Shown piece by piece: positions 12,201-27,109 of a stretch of DNA of 64,000 bases. Position 1 is the stretch's first letter; each line of letters opens with the position of its first letter. The notes under the pieces are model-generated. The model was not told the DNA's origin. It made no database searches and saw nothing but the letters and a program-made list of their open reading frames with translations. The DNA is from Balanoglossus misakiensis. Taxonomy: Eukaryota; Animalia; Hemichordata. Location of the stretch: assembly GCA_040954595.2 (NCBI GenBank), contig CM082583.2, forward strand, positions 10,615,656 to 10,679,655. Direction: 5' to 3'. Position numbers and translations under genes: made by a program.

Positions 12201-15200
12201 ATGAAAATGCCCACACGTGTAGTGTATGACTTAAAGGCACACTGCCGAATTGGGATTAAGAGAGAATATGCATGTCTCACTTAGGGAAGAAGTGTCTGCT
12301 GCAGGTGTGAAGTCTGTCATGCGTGAAATGTCAATTTCTTCCACTGTCAGGGTCTAAACTAGAAGTATAAATATATATCTATATCAAACAGATTTCGTGG
12401 GAGAAGCAATAACCAATAGACATACCTGCAAAATCAGCAGAATTGAAAAGTAGATATTGGCAACTCTCCGGAATTGTTCCAGTAAATTTTTCGGGATAAA
12501 TGTTATCAAATTGTACTTGGAAGTTTTGATATAATTATCCTGTTGGAATAAATGAAAAAGAAATATACATAATTGTTAAACTGAAGGTTACATAATTCTG
12601 GGAAACAAATATTTTCAAGAATATTTAATTGATCTATAACATTTGTTGAAATAGTGAATTCCAGGCTGTCTGTGGGAACCTGATTTACATCATGTAGGAT
12701 TTGGTCATTGCTAGTGTGACGTTGAAAGTGAATTGCCATTCACCCCATATATTGATTCTTGGCAAAGGTGACGACACAAAAATCCATACTACTGTATGGT
12801 ACTTTACATAACAACTTGTATAAACACATATAAACAACGTGTGGATGCTAGGGTACACGGTGGAATCAGATCTGGTTGGACGACAATAGTAAAAATAGCT
12901 AGAGTTAAATTTGTGGATATACCCACATTTATTGATTTTATTAAAGTTGACTTACATGATCTACTACTTTCATTCAAGTAAAAGAAACATGTCCTGACTT
13001 GAAAATAAAATAGAACACTTTCCCTTTTCATTTTCACATACAAATAACTTTCATAATATACTCACAGATATTGAATTTGGGTACTAGTGCAAAATGTACA
13101 AGAATCATCTGCTGTAAGAATATTTTTGACATGTGACAAAATTCCAAATTGAGGAAAAATGTCAAGTACTGGTATACTCACACTATAGCCTTGGTGAATG
13201 CTAAACGACCTGTTGTTCGCATGTACCACTCTTTCAACAAACTCTGAAAAACAGAAGTATGAAAGTCATATTAGAAATTCTATGTGTTGTATAGCTACAG
13301 TATAGTGTACCTGATAGTGAATGTATTATTATATCTTATGTTGGGACTCCCAACTAATGTACGGAAGTGAACGTGACACTACTGTGAGTGTGACAGAAAT
13401 GTGTCTATCATGCTCGAGCCACAAAACCTTAAATGAAACCATGATCACAATACATGTACCTCTGGTCTTATTCAACCCAAGTAGCCTCCTTCCACAGGTA
13501 TACTTGATGAGGAAATTTCTGAGGCAACTTGGAACGACTGTACCCATTGCTACACCTTTTCCTTCATTTATGGGTCTCCGTGAGTCACGCCATTGTTTAA
13601 CATGATACCGGTAAGAGTGTTGACACACTGTCGCGGTGGGCCAGTGGTATGTGTTGCTCCAATGTGTACATGTGTTTACAACTACCTGTATCACGCATGT
13701 TTATTCAGCTTCAAGGTAGCAAAAGGTCAGGAAGTCATAAATGCAGGAAAACATTTCTGCTTTTCGTAGAAAGGCAAAATTATCTTTTCATTTCAGTTCT
13801 AGGCATTCACGAGATATGAAGGGATTAAAATGATAAAAATGATGAAATATGGTTTTCAATATCATTTTTCCCTTCAGCAACTGATGGCTTGATCTGTGAC
13901 CTGAATGTCACATTACCAGAAGCTGTCAAATCCAACAATACAAACACTCTTCAAACACAAACAATTATCCTCATATGAACACTGAGGAATCTTTCATCCA
14001 TCCATAAAATTAGAAATGCCAAAACCAATCTCCCTTCAGCCATGAATATCCAAATCATCTGACAGTCAGTCTCATCTTTCATTCTCATCACTATATCTTG
14101 ATGACTTATCCGGTTATTGAAATATGGAAATAAAAGCAAACCCTGGAGATTCACTGCTGCAGATGTAATTTCATCCCTATTCCCATAACTTGACCTATTT
14201 TGGCCCTATTCAGATATAATAGCCCAATTTCATTGCGTATGTATAAATTCACAAACATCCATTCAAATCACATTCTTGAATTAATCTGCTCCAGAGATCT
14301 GAGTTCACAGTTGATAGTTCATGCTGGCTGTGAGTGTCTTGGTTGCAAGTAAATGTACTGTATTTGACCATGACCTTTGCAAATCTGTACCACTATTAGC
14401 AATGGACCATGACCACACCCACAAATCATAACCTTAGCTAGCAAACATCATCGTAATGAAGCGAAATTGACCTTGGAACATGCACACGTATCGTGACATT
14501 GTTAACCTCTGATAACCTTTGCTGACCTGAAGGTCAACCTGCAAAGATTTAAAAGCTACATTGGCCCTTTAAATTAATTCAATTAATGATGCAGGAGACT
14601 TACAACATGACTGATTGGTTGTCATGGAAACAATGTTGACTCACCAATAACTACTGTAGATTTATTCATAGCGAAGTATATCAAACAACAAAACCACGTA
14701 AGAACTCTAGAAATATACTTGAAATATGTATACAAGTTTTGCGAGACAACGTTTCTGTCACCAGAATCAGTGACTCTTTCATGGACTCAAATGGTCACTT
14801 TCTGTTTCCCTTTTATTTAACCGTCTAGACACAAAACGAAGCTGACCAGGCCAGCCTTTCATTGGAGAATCCTAATGCCAAGAGTTCAAACAATTAGGCT
14901 ATATTCCCTACACTGTGAAAAGTGTACTAACTCAATTTATCGGTGCCACTAACTCAGAAATCCTGGTGTTAAAATACTCTGCCTAAATTGAATGATGTCT
15001 TCCGTGTTTGCGAACATCAAGTTAAGTAAAGCCTCATTAGTGTAGGAAGATCAACACTACAAGGTGAAATTAAATGTACATGTACTGTCCCTTAAAGGCC
15101 TTTTGTAAGACTTCAAAGTTGGTCTTAGCATATATGCAAATCAGAGCGGATGAATTCTGTTGACACGCTTGTTTCAACTCTCAGCCATGAAGATGGCGAT

Positions 15201-15267
15201 GCCTTGATAGGGTTGCAATTGAATTAGAGACAAGATAGAATCCCCACACACCTGAGTCACTCCCCAT
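3213..15267 (-). CDS. ATP8B: P4-type phospholipid-transporting ATPase (flippase), ATP8B subfamily, 24 coding exons, ~1233 aa
   Basis: Coding exons in transcript order: 15267-15252, 13243-13182, 12539-12426, 12100-12002, 11855-11794, 11552-11409, 10746-10664, 10274-10024, 9562-9366, 9235-9073, 8700-8611, 8480-8315, 8094-8015, 7901-7680, 7496-7399, 7263-7125, 6811-6512, 6408-6225, 6004-5923, 5527-5386, 5262-5179, 4934-4793, 4484-4381, 3890-3213. They sum to 3702 nt in one frame. Motifs: DGETNLK, PISLYV (P4-specific), DKTGTLT phosphorylation site, [30 protein letters not shown], and the C-tail [17 protein letters not shown] typical of ATP8B. I cannot assign a specific vertebrate paralog (B1-B4). 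Confidence 0.95.
3950..4020. repeat. (CA)n / (TACA)n microsatellite in the last ATP8B intron
   Basis: acacacacacac followed by repeated acat/taca units. Confidence 0.85.
5528..5922 (-). other. U12-type AT-AC intron in ATP8B
   Basis: 5' end ATATCCTTTAC; 3' end TTTTGACCTTGACTTTGGAATAC. Splicing restores the conserved [19 protein letters not shown]. Confidence 0.92.
7563..7659. mobile_element. Degenerate longer copy of the same TTAA MITE family in an ATP8B intron
   Basis: Shares ACCACCATGGTT...GGGGTGAAAG with the reverse complement of 2216-2272. Confidence 0.45.
14645..14669 (-). CDS. Candidate alternative first coding exon of ATP8B (MNKSTVVI-)
   Basis: ATGAATAAATCTACAGTAGTTATTG followed by a GTGAGT donor. 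It is phase 1, matching the acceptor at 13243. An X-box lies next to it at 14618-14631. Confidence 0.45.
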
Positions 15268-18200
15268 TATGGTAGGAATTCAGCCTTGACTATCACATTA
15301 CACTTGGGTTGTTCGATGGCTATCCCGGTCTTCTTTGTACAATATCCTGGAAAGAAACAAAAAAAGAAAAAGAAGTGATAACATGTACTGTTATACTCAA
15401 CAGAGTGTGGTGTAATCCTTTAGGTTAAAAGGGGTAATACAGAAGCACTGTTTATTGTACCAATTAAACAACACACTCATGTGAAGACTTTGATCGGCTC
15501 AAGAAGTAGTCCAAGAATGTCACTGTATATCTGACCAGTGTAACACTACAACAAAAATGACAGAATTGTAAAATATTTCTGGTTACCTGACCTTTTGCCC
15601 AAAAAGGTCAGAACAACTTCTACTGTACATGTACACTACAGTATTCAAAGCAATGGACAGAACGTGTATCGAGTGGTCATAGATTAACTGCCCCGGGCAC
15701 AAAATTCTGGCATTTCATTGGACGTACTGGGCAGTACATCTTAGTTACCATTCTCTGTAAAGCAGTGCCCACTGACAGACGTCTGACAGCAACAACAAGA
15801 CATTCACTACAACTCCAGGACTTAGACTATACAGGAACAATTGAAGACATAAATCACGTCTAACTGACATTTTTCAATCGACGATGCATCCATAATACAC
15901 TATCTACTTTGCATACAAGACTTTAATTTAAACTGTGCTATATTATCAGGAGCGACATGATGTGCTGATCCATAATAACTTGCAAATGTAGGCTACACTA
16001 ATTAATATTCTATTATCATTAAATTCCTAAAATTATAAGCAACTCTTCTCAGTAATTATAGTTATAATGATCCCCTTGTGGATATAAAAAAAAGATCAAT
16101 TCTAATCTACAAGGTGTTATTAATAGTAAATTAATGATCAGGACTAATTGTTTGTAACATAAATAAGGGTATGCACCCAAACAAAAACATACTCTCATCC
16201 CCCTCCCCCACCTCACATGGTGACAAACTTATAAAATATACAATTTACAGTAGAATACACATGAAAAGTCTGACAATGTAAACCCGTACCCAGACTCTGT
16301 AAATGCAAAATTATTGACCACCACCTGTTGCATGGGTCTGGGAATATTCAATGATTGTAACTGCACCATATGGAATAAAATCTGCATTCATTCATACATA
16401 AGTATGTAATTCTCTACTTACTATTATCATGATTATAAAGGTCAGGGAAAATGTAGTCTCAAATTATCATATCCTCAGATACCAAACTCAGAATTCATGA
16501 GAGCTATAATTTATAAATTACAAGCGCCTTCTACTGTCGATGTCACAACAGTTCTGGGCACAATTAGAGTTTAGTATTCTCTCAAACACTTCCAACCAAG
16601 TTAGACCATGATCTGTTGTACAATGTACAAGTAGCAATAAAATTTGCCCTCCCAGGTTAATAAACACATAAAGTGCCATATTCCATTAAAATCTGGGTGT
16701 GGTCTACACTTCATGTAGCAAATAAGTACAGTGCAATTAACCCACACAAAATCACAAATCGTGTTTGTTGCATTACGGTAAGCATGATGTATAACCAGGA
16801 TGTATAATAAACACACCTAGTTCTAGTGTATATGTAGGTACACACGAAAAAAAAACATGACAAAAAGTGAAATGATTCATTGAGTGTGAAGTTGAAGAGT
16901 ATTAAGTACCTGTGACAGTAACGTCCCTTATTTATGTTCAATTTAATTAAGAGGGGTGTAAATCTGGAGTGTTAGCTTATGAAAGTACATGTACTGTAGA
17001 TGTAGCTCATTTTCAGTGAACGCCACAATCAAAGGTTAAAGGTCAAGAGGAGACTGAAGAGATGCCATGGGATACAACAGTCTTGCCGCAGTTTTTACTT
17101 CATCTTTAATCATGTTGTATCAATGAAGTTTGAAGGTGTTTTACAGTTGACTGGTGTCCTGCAAATTGGATGAACAAAAAATAAAGTAACGAATGGAGGG
17201 GAAATTGATTAAGACAGACCACCTTTTCAAATTCTGAAGTGATGATTCCGCCCGCCATCTCAATAAAATCTATACATCCTGCAGGGTCTGATCCAATAAC
17301 TGCTCTAATGGTGTTACTATAGCAACAACATTAAACAGAAACGTAAACATAATTGATTTCCGTCGCTCTGAATATGTGTAAATTAGCTTTAAAATGCCAT
17401 CACTGTTGCTGAAGTTTATTTTCCTGTTTCAAAATCACCACTATTGATCTTTTCGCACTTCAGCTTTTTTGTTGAAGAAGTTTCTTTTTCATGAAAAGAA
17501 CAGTGCGTAGATTCCTCATTTACAGATGCAATGGTCATGCTGATCTAATTTCCTATATCTGTCTTACTTGTGGAAAAGAGAAAAGTGGTGTAATATTGAG
17601 CAGGGCTGCTTCAAATGATGCTGCGGTCAAAATTCACAAATTCAAAGTGGTGTTGTCTGTTGCCTAAGGATACAGAGAAGATTGAAGTATTTTATCAAGA
17701 TGCACATGTATTCATCAATATTAGCATATTAATTTATGTATCCTTCATGGCTGGAAGAAAAAAATTACTTAGATTTTTATACACTGTATGACTAATGTGA
17801 ACAATTAAGAAATTAGTGCTTTGTGAATCTAGCACTGTGTTTAGCCCTCTGGGTAAAAAAATGTGACTTCAAACAAATATATGCAGCAGTCATGAGACAT
17901 CTCATTTTTGACGCCCACAGATATTCACATGGAGATATCAATATTCAATAAATTGAATGAGGTTCTTTGTCATATCAGATCATAATTTCCTGTGACTCAT
18001 CAAGTGCATCATGTACCGTATATTGGGTGATTCTTCATTATTTGCGGATAAGATAGTTATCAGTCGCATCCCACATCAATCACTTCTCTGTCTGTAAAAT
18101 AAAATGGAATATTCTGGGATACCTGCCGTATTTTCTTTCTGCACAATTTACCACAAATGTACTCACTTTCAAACCATCTCTGACTACAACCACAGCAGCT

Positions 18201-21200
18201 CATGTAGCATGGGCAAACAAAACCTGCCCCTCATGCACTGATGAATAAACACATACCTTGTCCTACGTTTTTTTCACAGCACCTGAAATCTGCTCTGACA
18301 CCTGCAATATTTCTAACAGTTAAAAGCTGACATACGCCTGTAAATCATATCCCACCTGTGTCAGTTCATGAGTTTCAAGCACGCACGTCTGGTGTAAGTT
18401 TGCCACGAAGCAATAATTCCTAATCATTGATCGTCACTCACTTCATTCTCAGGAGCCATTTAAACCTTAAACACCTCTAGAACATCTGTTCAAACTCCAA
18501 TTGCAATTTATTTAACTCTGAACTTCATCTAGGGGTGAGAGCTCTCACAAATATTCCTTCACATATGGTTGCAACCATATGTACATGTCTCCGAAAACGA
18601 TGCAATGTTGAAGGGTTATACATTTTATCGATTTTACATAAAAACCCTGCATTATACAAATAGCACTTGCAGTAGCTGTCAGCATTAACAAAATCATATT
18701 TCACTTTCATTTCAGACATTTTTTCCAAAAGTGACTTGATCTGGGTTCTCTACGTATCATAAATATAATGTACATATACAAGTGGTGGGTGTCAATTGCT
18801 AGGTTTCATGCAAACATGTCAATGTGAGTTCACCCATTCAATCCTCTGGCAATTGTGCCAAGATATGATATATATAGTACATATCAATACACGATCCTCC
18901 ATCACGACCAAAGCCTTTCTAAAGCCTAATATTGAGGAACTCACTCCCCCAAGCTAGTTCTTTTTCTAAGAGGAGACAAGGTCACAACCTCTGACTTTAT
19001 TGGTTGACAGGTGAAATAGGTGGTACTGACAGTATACTATAAGGAAACACGGAGAGTGCCCCTGCACTAGCTAACTTTCACGCTGACTAACTATTCCCCC
19101 TCCAATGATTTGTTTATAAAGAACTTGTGTACATGTAGCTTTTAGACTTACAGTACATCTGTCTGTGGAAACGTTTTTAATTCCACAGCTAACCAATAGG
19201 CCTATAGTCATAATTTATTCAACAGTGTCACCCGTTTCCTATCAAACAAATAAATGGCCATTTCAAAGTCACATACATATACTGAATTACTGAACACTAG
19301 TACCTTCAAGTCATTTTGTCCATAGAATTTTCTGTCCTCGAGTTCTAACACTCCCCTGAGTTAAGGTTGTGCTATTAAAAGCATCTGCGAAATTGGCCAA
19401 TCAATACAGCTCAATGCCAACATGGGAAATCCATCAGAAGGAATATTAGAATACCTGTGTATCGGTAATGCTTGTTTCCTAGCAACCATAAATACCGGTC
19501 TCCTGCTTTGTGGTAATTGCTCTTCCAAGCTAGAGACAACACCATCATGACAAGCGCTTTGAGATTATACACACTGCGGCTTGCACGAGAATTCGCTGAA
19601 ATACCGTTATTAATTTGACGGCATGGACTTCATTATTGTTCGGACACCCCCTCACAAGTTGGTAGCCATCATGCAAACTGGATGAATTTAGAAAAAAAAA
19701 CATTACCTGAAAATGCAATTTACCTTTGGATTCTGAATTAAAGACAACATAATCAGGCAAATAATACTGCCAAAATGTCAGAATGTGAAAACTATTAATG
19801 ACTCATACTTACAGACAAAAATAGTGAGCATGGGCGTTATAATGTGTGTGTGTGGCTACACCCAGAAACCTATATTGCTGAATCAATATATGTTTTATTG
19901 CCTTCCTACTTATATAAAAGCAAGTGTTGAAATGAATAGAGGCACAGCCGTTCTGAATGTAAAATTTTACTCCAAACAGAATATCATTTTGTGTTAAATA
20001 ACTATAAATTTTGTGACGCAGTAGAAACTGATGACGCGGTTAGTTACGGGTATCCATAAAATAAAACCATCAACAATGTGATGTTTGTGAATTGAATGTG
20101 GCATGGTTTCATTTATTAAAACTCAATTGATTGCATGGGGGCCAGACCACAATATTGATTATGGATCGGAGACTTCCAGTTTCACAATTGCAGGCAACAA
20201 ACCATGACATTAAAATTGAACATTTTAAACTCTGCTTCGGAGAATGTCACCAGTTTGACCAGTCAAGTGAGACTTCAGTTTTAGTAGCTTTCACATGACA
20301 GCATCTAAAGTGATCGATATGATCTTCACATCAGACAATTTACGCCGGCTTTACATGACTGCATTTTAATTGTATACAAAACAAGACATATCAAAACTGT
20401 CGTCCATGTGTACTTTGCAATTGGCAGGCAACTTTCCACCACAGAACAGTTTCAAAATGTTCATCATTTTCGAAAGTATACCAAGTATATGAATTTCTTC
20501 CATGTCAGGAACTTGTAAATAATTAAAATATTTATAACTATAGCAGGAGGAAAAGAAACTTTGCAAAGTTTTCAAACTGTAATGAAAATACATATTGAAA
20601 ATTAATTTTTTATGAAAAGTACCAAAGAATGTTCAAAATAGCACTGTATATTTATGAATACTCAAAAAACTTCGATATCATGTTTTTTTGATATCAAATT
20701 CTTTGTAGACATTGTTTTGAGTGTTTCATCGAAACAAAATGCCTTTGGCAAATGATATTTGTATGCAGTTTTACCTGAGACTCCTCATAAATGAATAATG
20801 CAGTCCCAAACCATTGGGACTATTCTCCACAATATTGCATTTAACGAATACCTCCTTTGCGGTACACTGATCTACACAATTCAAAAGCTGCTTACCGTTT
20901 GCTCTGGGGCAGTAAAATGCAGAGTGTAAGCTAAATTTTAAAAACACATGAGACTGCAGAATTATGATGATTTGATGTGCAAGAAATATAGACTTTGAAT
21001 GATGTGAAAGTACAGTTTATATCAAGATCGAGACTGACGACTTTGACAAACTCCACAAAGTCATTTCCTTGTGTGCAGAAGTTTTATCACTTTTTAGAAA
21101 CCAAAAAAAAGCAATCCCTTTCAAACAGGAAGTTACATATAGCAAGAATCTAAATGTGCCAAAGACTTCCTGATTTCCCTTGCAACATTCTCACTTTCCC

Positions 21201-24200
21201 AGAAAACACAAGAATGATTTGATCAGCACATCAAGTTGTGTAGAATAATCATTGTGACAGTAGCATAGTTAATTTGAATCTTACTACTTCTTGGGAATGT
21301 ACACTGAATATAAAGTTGACAGTAAAAGAGATGAAGCAGCAAAAGCCAGCAAAAAAACAGCAATCAAGATTCTACCCTGAAACATAATCCAGCGATCTGA
21401 AGAGTCGAGAATACATGGGACAGATGCTAGTCTCATATCCTACAGTATACTGTAGATATTAAGATATAACCAAGCTGCATAAATGTTTCTTGAATGTGTT
21501 TCGGATAGTATTAACATTTCAATTACAAGGATTAGTAGTCTAGAATCTAAATTATTTTAAAAAATCTCGAGCAGCTTAGTATCAGGGGTTTTCAAACTGC
21601 CCTTGACCCTTGATAAAACGACATGACACCACTTATGAACCGCACACATGGGCCAGTGAAAGGTATCACACGAGTTAAGCAATTTGTGGCATACTGTACT
21701 CCACAGGACATGTCCCCTCAGTCATTCTCAGTCGGATAACGGGCTGTGTGTACAGTATTTCAAGTATTGATTGAGAAATATATTCCTTTTATTATATACT
21801 ATAAATACATAATACATAACAGGTATTTAATACAAATTGTACGGTATGCTTGAAGTGAACCAACATATCATAAAGCACAATATTGACATGTTCATCAGTG
21901 GTGTCTCAGAAGATCTAATCTTAATGGTCACTGCATTCATTCACCTGGTGAACATCTGGTTGAACACTGAATTGACAAATCAATCACAGCCAACTTCGTC
22001 AGACAGCAGTGGGCACATTGCCTTTTTGAACTGTGCACTCTCCACCAGCATATTTCACTCTTTCAAAACAAACATCATTTTTCAAAGTAAATAATATTCA
22101 TTATAGGATACCATCAAAATGTAGCTTTGTTTCAATTATCTGATTATTTATAGGAAAGCACTCTTCTAATTTGCTTATAAATTGAATCTTTTTATTCATG
22201 TTGCATTTATCTGTTATTACATTATGAAGACAAAATTCTTCGATCTCATCAGCACAGTTGTACATATTCTCAACTGCACTGTATTTGCAGCAAAATGGAA
22301 ATACAGAACACTATTACTATAAGTATAAAACAAAGCATTGTTAATGAGCTACCAATACAATAACGCCATATGTACTATTTCTCATGTCGATTACTGAATG
22401 TTCATTTCAAGAATAGTTACAAATTGATATCCCATAAAATGGGAAAGCAAGATGAAATGAAACACATTGTAGACAGTTATAACAGTATTCTGACAGTAGA
22501 GGGATGGTTAATGGATCATACTGATGGATAAATAATCATTTCCCAAGAGACTGGTTTTGCAGACTTCGTTGTACAAATTCTTGATGTCTTGATGTATATG
22601 AATATATTTCAATAGACGCTCATCACACAGTTTCATGACAATTCTCATTTTTCAATTTTACAATGAGTCCATATACGTGTATGTTATCATTTCATTACAG
22701 TTACCCGGAAAAAAAAATTATATGGCACTATTATTTGTATCCTCCATATATCACAACAAGAGTCAAGACACTGCATTAAAGTGACACGTCTCTACAAAGA
22801 ATATTTTTTTGTAATTTGTAATGTTTGTTTTCCTCTGTAAATGGAGAGTAGTCAAGTGAACCTCTGATACAGAAGGTTGGAAAATGTGAACCACATGACA
22901 AAATCAATTTCACAGATTGGACGAACTAAACATGTTTCAGCCATATGTCTGTGGTTATTTGGGTGATGAACAGGAGAATCACACCAAGGACTGACTTACT
23001 TTGAACACTCAAGAAAGAACCTTTCAAGTCATTAGTAAATAGAAATTATTTCTTGCATATCAGAGGGTCGTTTCAACTCACCACATTAAGGATAAATCAG
23101 ACCTTGATGGTTATATGTACCCAGATGTTACAACACAGGAAATAAAGCATTGACTTATAACATTAACGACATTATGCATGCTATATGATCTTGATAGTCT
23201 AGTGAACTGGAATGTGAATAGGATAATTTAGTTTTCTGTCGGTGTTGCACTGTAGTTGAAAATTCTACTATTTTTGTCTTTAGGTAAAGTAAAGAGGACA
23301 TCAGGTGTTTAATCACGAGAGAACGACCTTCCAAATCTGTTCCCGTTTAATCTCCTTTCAATAAATAAGTCATTGCATACTGAAATATCAACTCATTCCT
23401 GATTTCCGATTACTCTTTCAGGCAAACTCACTCTTGAAGGCATTACTAAATAACTACAGCACAGTGAAATTCCTCATTTGTAAATACACATGTACTAGTA
23501 AGCATAACTAAAAGGGAAATTGCTTTAGGAAAGACTCATCTAGTAGTAATTATGCATTTGGGCCAAATTTTGGGGACATGATGTGGTAAGTGCCATATAC
23601 GACTGACGATTTAGGACGTTATGAGATTATATGAACCTTTTCCACACAAACTGAATGATAATATTTGTTTTGATCAGTGGTGTATTTTTCACAGTGGTAA
23701 CAGAAGGACCTTTAACACTGATGGAACAAGCTTGTTTCTAGGTATGCTATGTTGGCTTTAACTTCAGGAATAAACATTTTTGCATAATTTAATTTCATCC
23801 GAAAAATTGAAGGCAATAAAGTGTGCAACAAATATCAGCTAACGGATTTTCTTGCATTTTGATATTAATATGCTTTTTGTGATTTTCAACCCAAATACCT
23901 TATAATAACCGATATCACAATTTGATATAATTTTGCATATGACCACAAATGCATCTAAGTGGGTGTTAATGATCATCTGCAGATCATAATGTCGTTCATT
24001 ACATAACTGCAATAACAACTGTCAGATTGGTGACACAGATTGCCATGAATTTTAATTTCCATTTCAATTGAAATCTAACTGTGTCTGTTTTTCTCCCTTC
24101 ACTAGTTGAAAATCACTGTAGTCACCCTAAATCAACCAAAAAAGGGGCTTCACTATTCTTCAGTTTCACTTTGAGCACCTGGAATTTTGCTGATTCAGCA

Positions 24201-25327
24201 GTTTTTTCATCATTGACTATATGAAATTCACAAAAACAAGCAGTATGATCCCTATATTTAATGACATATTTTTATTATTCTTGCAAGAGAGAATTCAAAA
24301 AATCCACAATTAAAAGAAATATACTTTCAAGTTTATTGATCGTACAAGTACTATACATGGTGAAGGCTTTCAAACATATACAATTGTATTTGAAAAGTAT
24401 ACAGATGATTTAGTAAGAATACTAATTACTGCATGGAAAATCGACCTTGGGCTTTCTGTAATTGGACAGTAATTGTTATTTAAATTGAAAGAAAAATATG
24501 CTTTTATAACATGGTAATTTATCTTTCCTGGTTTACCGGCCTGTTATCAATGGGATTTGTTGTAATCACTGATTTCCATGTTAACTTTTTAAGGTGTTCT
24601 TTATATCCGTTTTCGAAAATATATGCCCAAGTCAGTGTTGGGCAGTAAACATCGACGTCTAACGACATGGAATCAATAATTCTTTTGTTTATAACGGTGA
24701 AATAACAAAAGGGAATTTGCATCTTAAAACAGGGAACGTACAGGGAGGTCGATATTTTGCGTGTGTCGTACGTCACGACGCTAGACAGGAGCAGTGATCG
24801 TTTTCGCGATAAACATCAACAAGATCCCGACTGTGTTTAAAACGTCATCAGAGTAAACTCTGTTGTTAATGTAATAAATGCTGGACACTAGCAGTCCACA
24901 AAATTAAGAAACTTGTCATTCATTATACCTAGGTTTCTAACAAGAAAGGGTATTTTTATCCGCTTGCACTGCACGTCAATAGATGCTGTCCAGGGACTGT
25001 CTATCATGTCGGGACAGTGGTCGCGTTCACTGGGGTTGTCTTTACTTGGCTTTCGGTTTCCATGGTTTTCAGTACACGATCCACGCAGGGAACTATTGCT
25101 CAAACTGGAAAAAAAATACCCCCCGACACAGAGCAAGACAGACCCTCACATACATACACAGGCACAGTCACACACTTGCGCTTTCCACGTATCACCAATA
25201 ACAGCTATTGTTAGCTTATACGTGGCTTGCTATATCAGTGTGTGTCTTGTAGCTAAAAGAGATCATACGGTGGGAAGAGTCGAGAGAAATCAGCAGCTAT
25301 GAAGAGCTAAAAGAGCACGAACGTACC

Positions 25328-25475
25328 TGATTTCGCTAAAAACAGCTATGACCCCTCAACGCCAACGGCTTTGACAGTTAGTCTTAGATGAATGAAACAA
25401 CTACAACTCAGGAGCGACGATAATTTCCTTTTCCCTGCGTTCCGCATTCCCCGGTCGACGCCATCTTGGATGAAA
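25328..25475 (-). promoter_or_regulatory. Probable promoter and non-coding first exon of ATP8B
   Basis: CpG-rich island (~24.5-25.6 kb), YY1-like CAAGATGGCG at ~25459-25468, and a CAG|GTACGT donor near 25327. A strong acceptor lies ~10 kb downstream at 15347. Exact boundaries are approximate. Confidence 0.55.
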
Positions 25476-27109
25476 GTTATTGTTATGCAAATATTGTGAT
25501 GAAACTAAACTTTCGATCACTTCCTGACACCTCACTGCAAACAAAAGCCGTTTCCATGGCGCGAAATATCAACAAGTTTGAGTTTGGCAAAAAGCGATTA
25601 AAATTGCGGAGAAGAATATGGTTTAACTTAAGTAAAATAAGCCTTTATTGAAATCGTATCCCCATCATATCTTGATGGGAAAATGTTTACAAGGTGTTTA
25701 ACTCCATTTTTCACTTTCTGTAATGTATCCATCGCATTTAATTTTTGCACATGGGTGATGGGTAGGTCTATAAAGATGCAACTCAAACTGTATGCGACAG
25801 AGGTACTAGTACTTTTTCGGATTAAATGATAACTTTGGCCAGTATCAAAGCTGTTCTTTACACTCTTATATTTTCACTTGGAAAGTGGGCATCATCTTCG
25901 CCCGCCAAAGTTCTTTGCTCTCCGAAAAATAGGAACATATAGTTCGTTGGGGAGACTGTGGTCAAGCCAACGAACCATGCAAGCGGACGATGAATGGACA
26001 TTTTTCATACAAATGCATTTTAACGTTTTGACATAATAGTTTACTATAAATATTTACCACTGTGAATATATGTGGCTTGCCAGTAGGCCAAAAAGTGAAA
26101 ATGTCGTATTAAACCTAATTCGTATGGACCGTCTCCTGGCAACGGAGCAACACACAACGACTTTTGTTCGCACACAGGACAGACCTTGAACGTCAGTCAG
26201 CATTTTTCATGTTGTTTTTTTATTGGTAAAAACTTTAAAGATCTACGTTATGGGTTCATAGTGGTCATACATCTTGGTCGTACGAGGGCGCTATATCTCG
26301 CACATCTCTGATTTCTGTGTACATGTATTCTAGCTTTCCAGTACAAACCAATTTGCGAAGTAATTTGACCATTTGTTTTTCAACTCACTGCATATTTTGT
26401 TACATGTAGCAATACTTCATTTGAGAAAATTCTCATCTACATGCCAGGATGCATTATGTACCAAATACCAAGTTGATTCATGCGGTTTTTGATGTCGATG
26501 ATTGGCATACGAACACACACACACAAACAACAATAGAAAGATGAACAAAACTCATAACTTCTGTTTACACATATAAAACTTTATTATGCAATTATCAATT
26601 ATGTACACATGTATTTCAATTCATGGCTTCATGACTTATCTTCTCCTGAAAAGCTGGCTAGCTAACAAATATGTATATCTGTGTTGCATGGGATTATCTA
26701 TATAAATTCAAACGTAAGATCTTGGTATCACTGTCCTAAAAGTCTCAACATCAGAGCAATATATACAACAGGACCAATGGAGCTAGACAGATTGTGCTTT
26801 TAGAGATATGTGGCACAAGTTATTGGAAATCAAATTTATTTTGTACACTGCATCATCTTGATGAGGGTACATGAAGACACTGTCTTTTACTTCGGTGTAA
26901 TTATAATTATCACCTTATTGGACAGGCAACATTTGAATATTCAAATAAAACTGAAATTTACAGCTGACAAGAGGCGGACCTGAAAACACATTCAAAAGGT
27001 GACGTCCAACTTGTCAAAAATAGTTCATGAGCAAAAAAAGGCGGTCAGTCTAAAGAGTTTTTTGTCCTTGGTAACAGTTGACAGGATGGAAGATTGCCAA
27101 CATTCGAAT

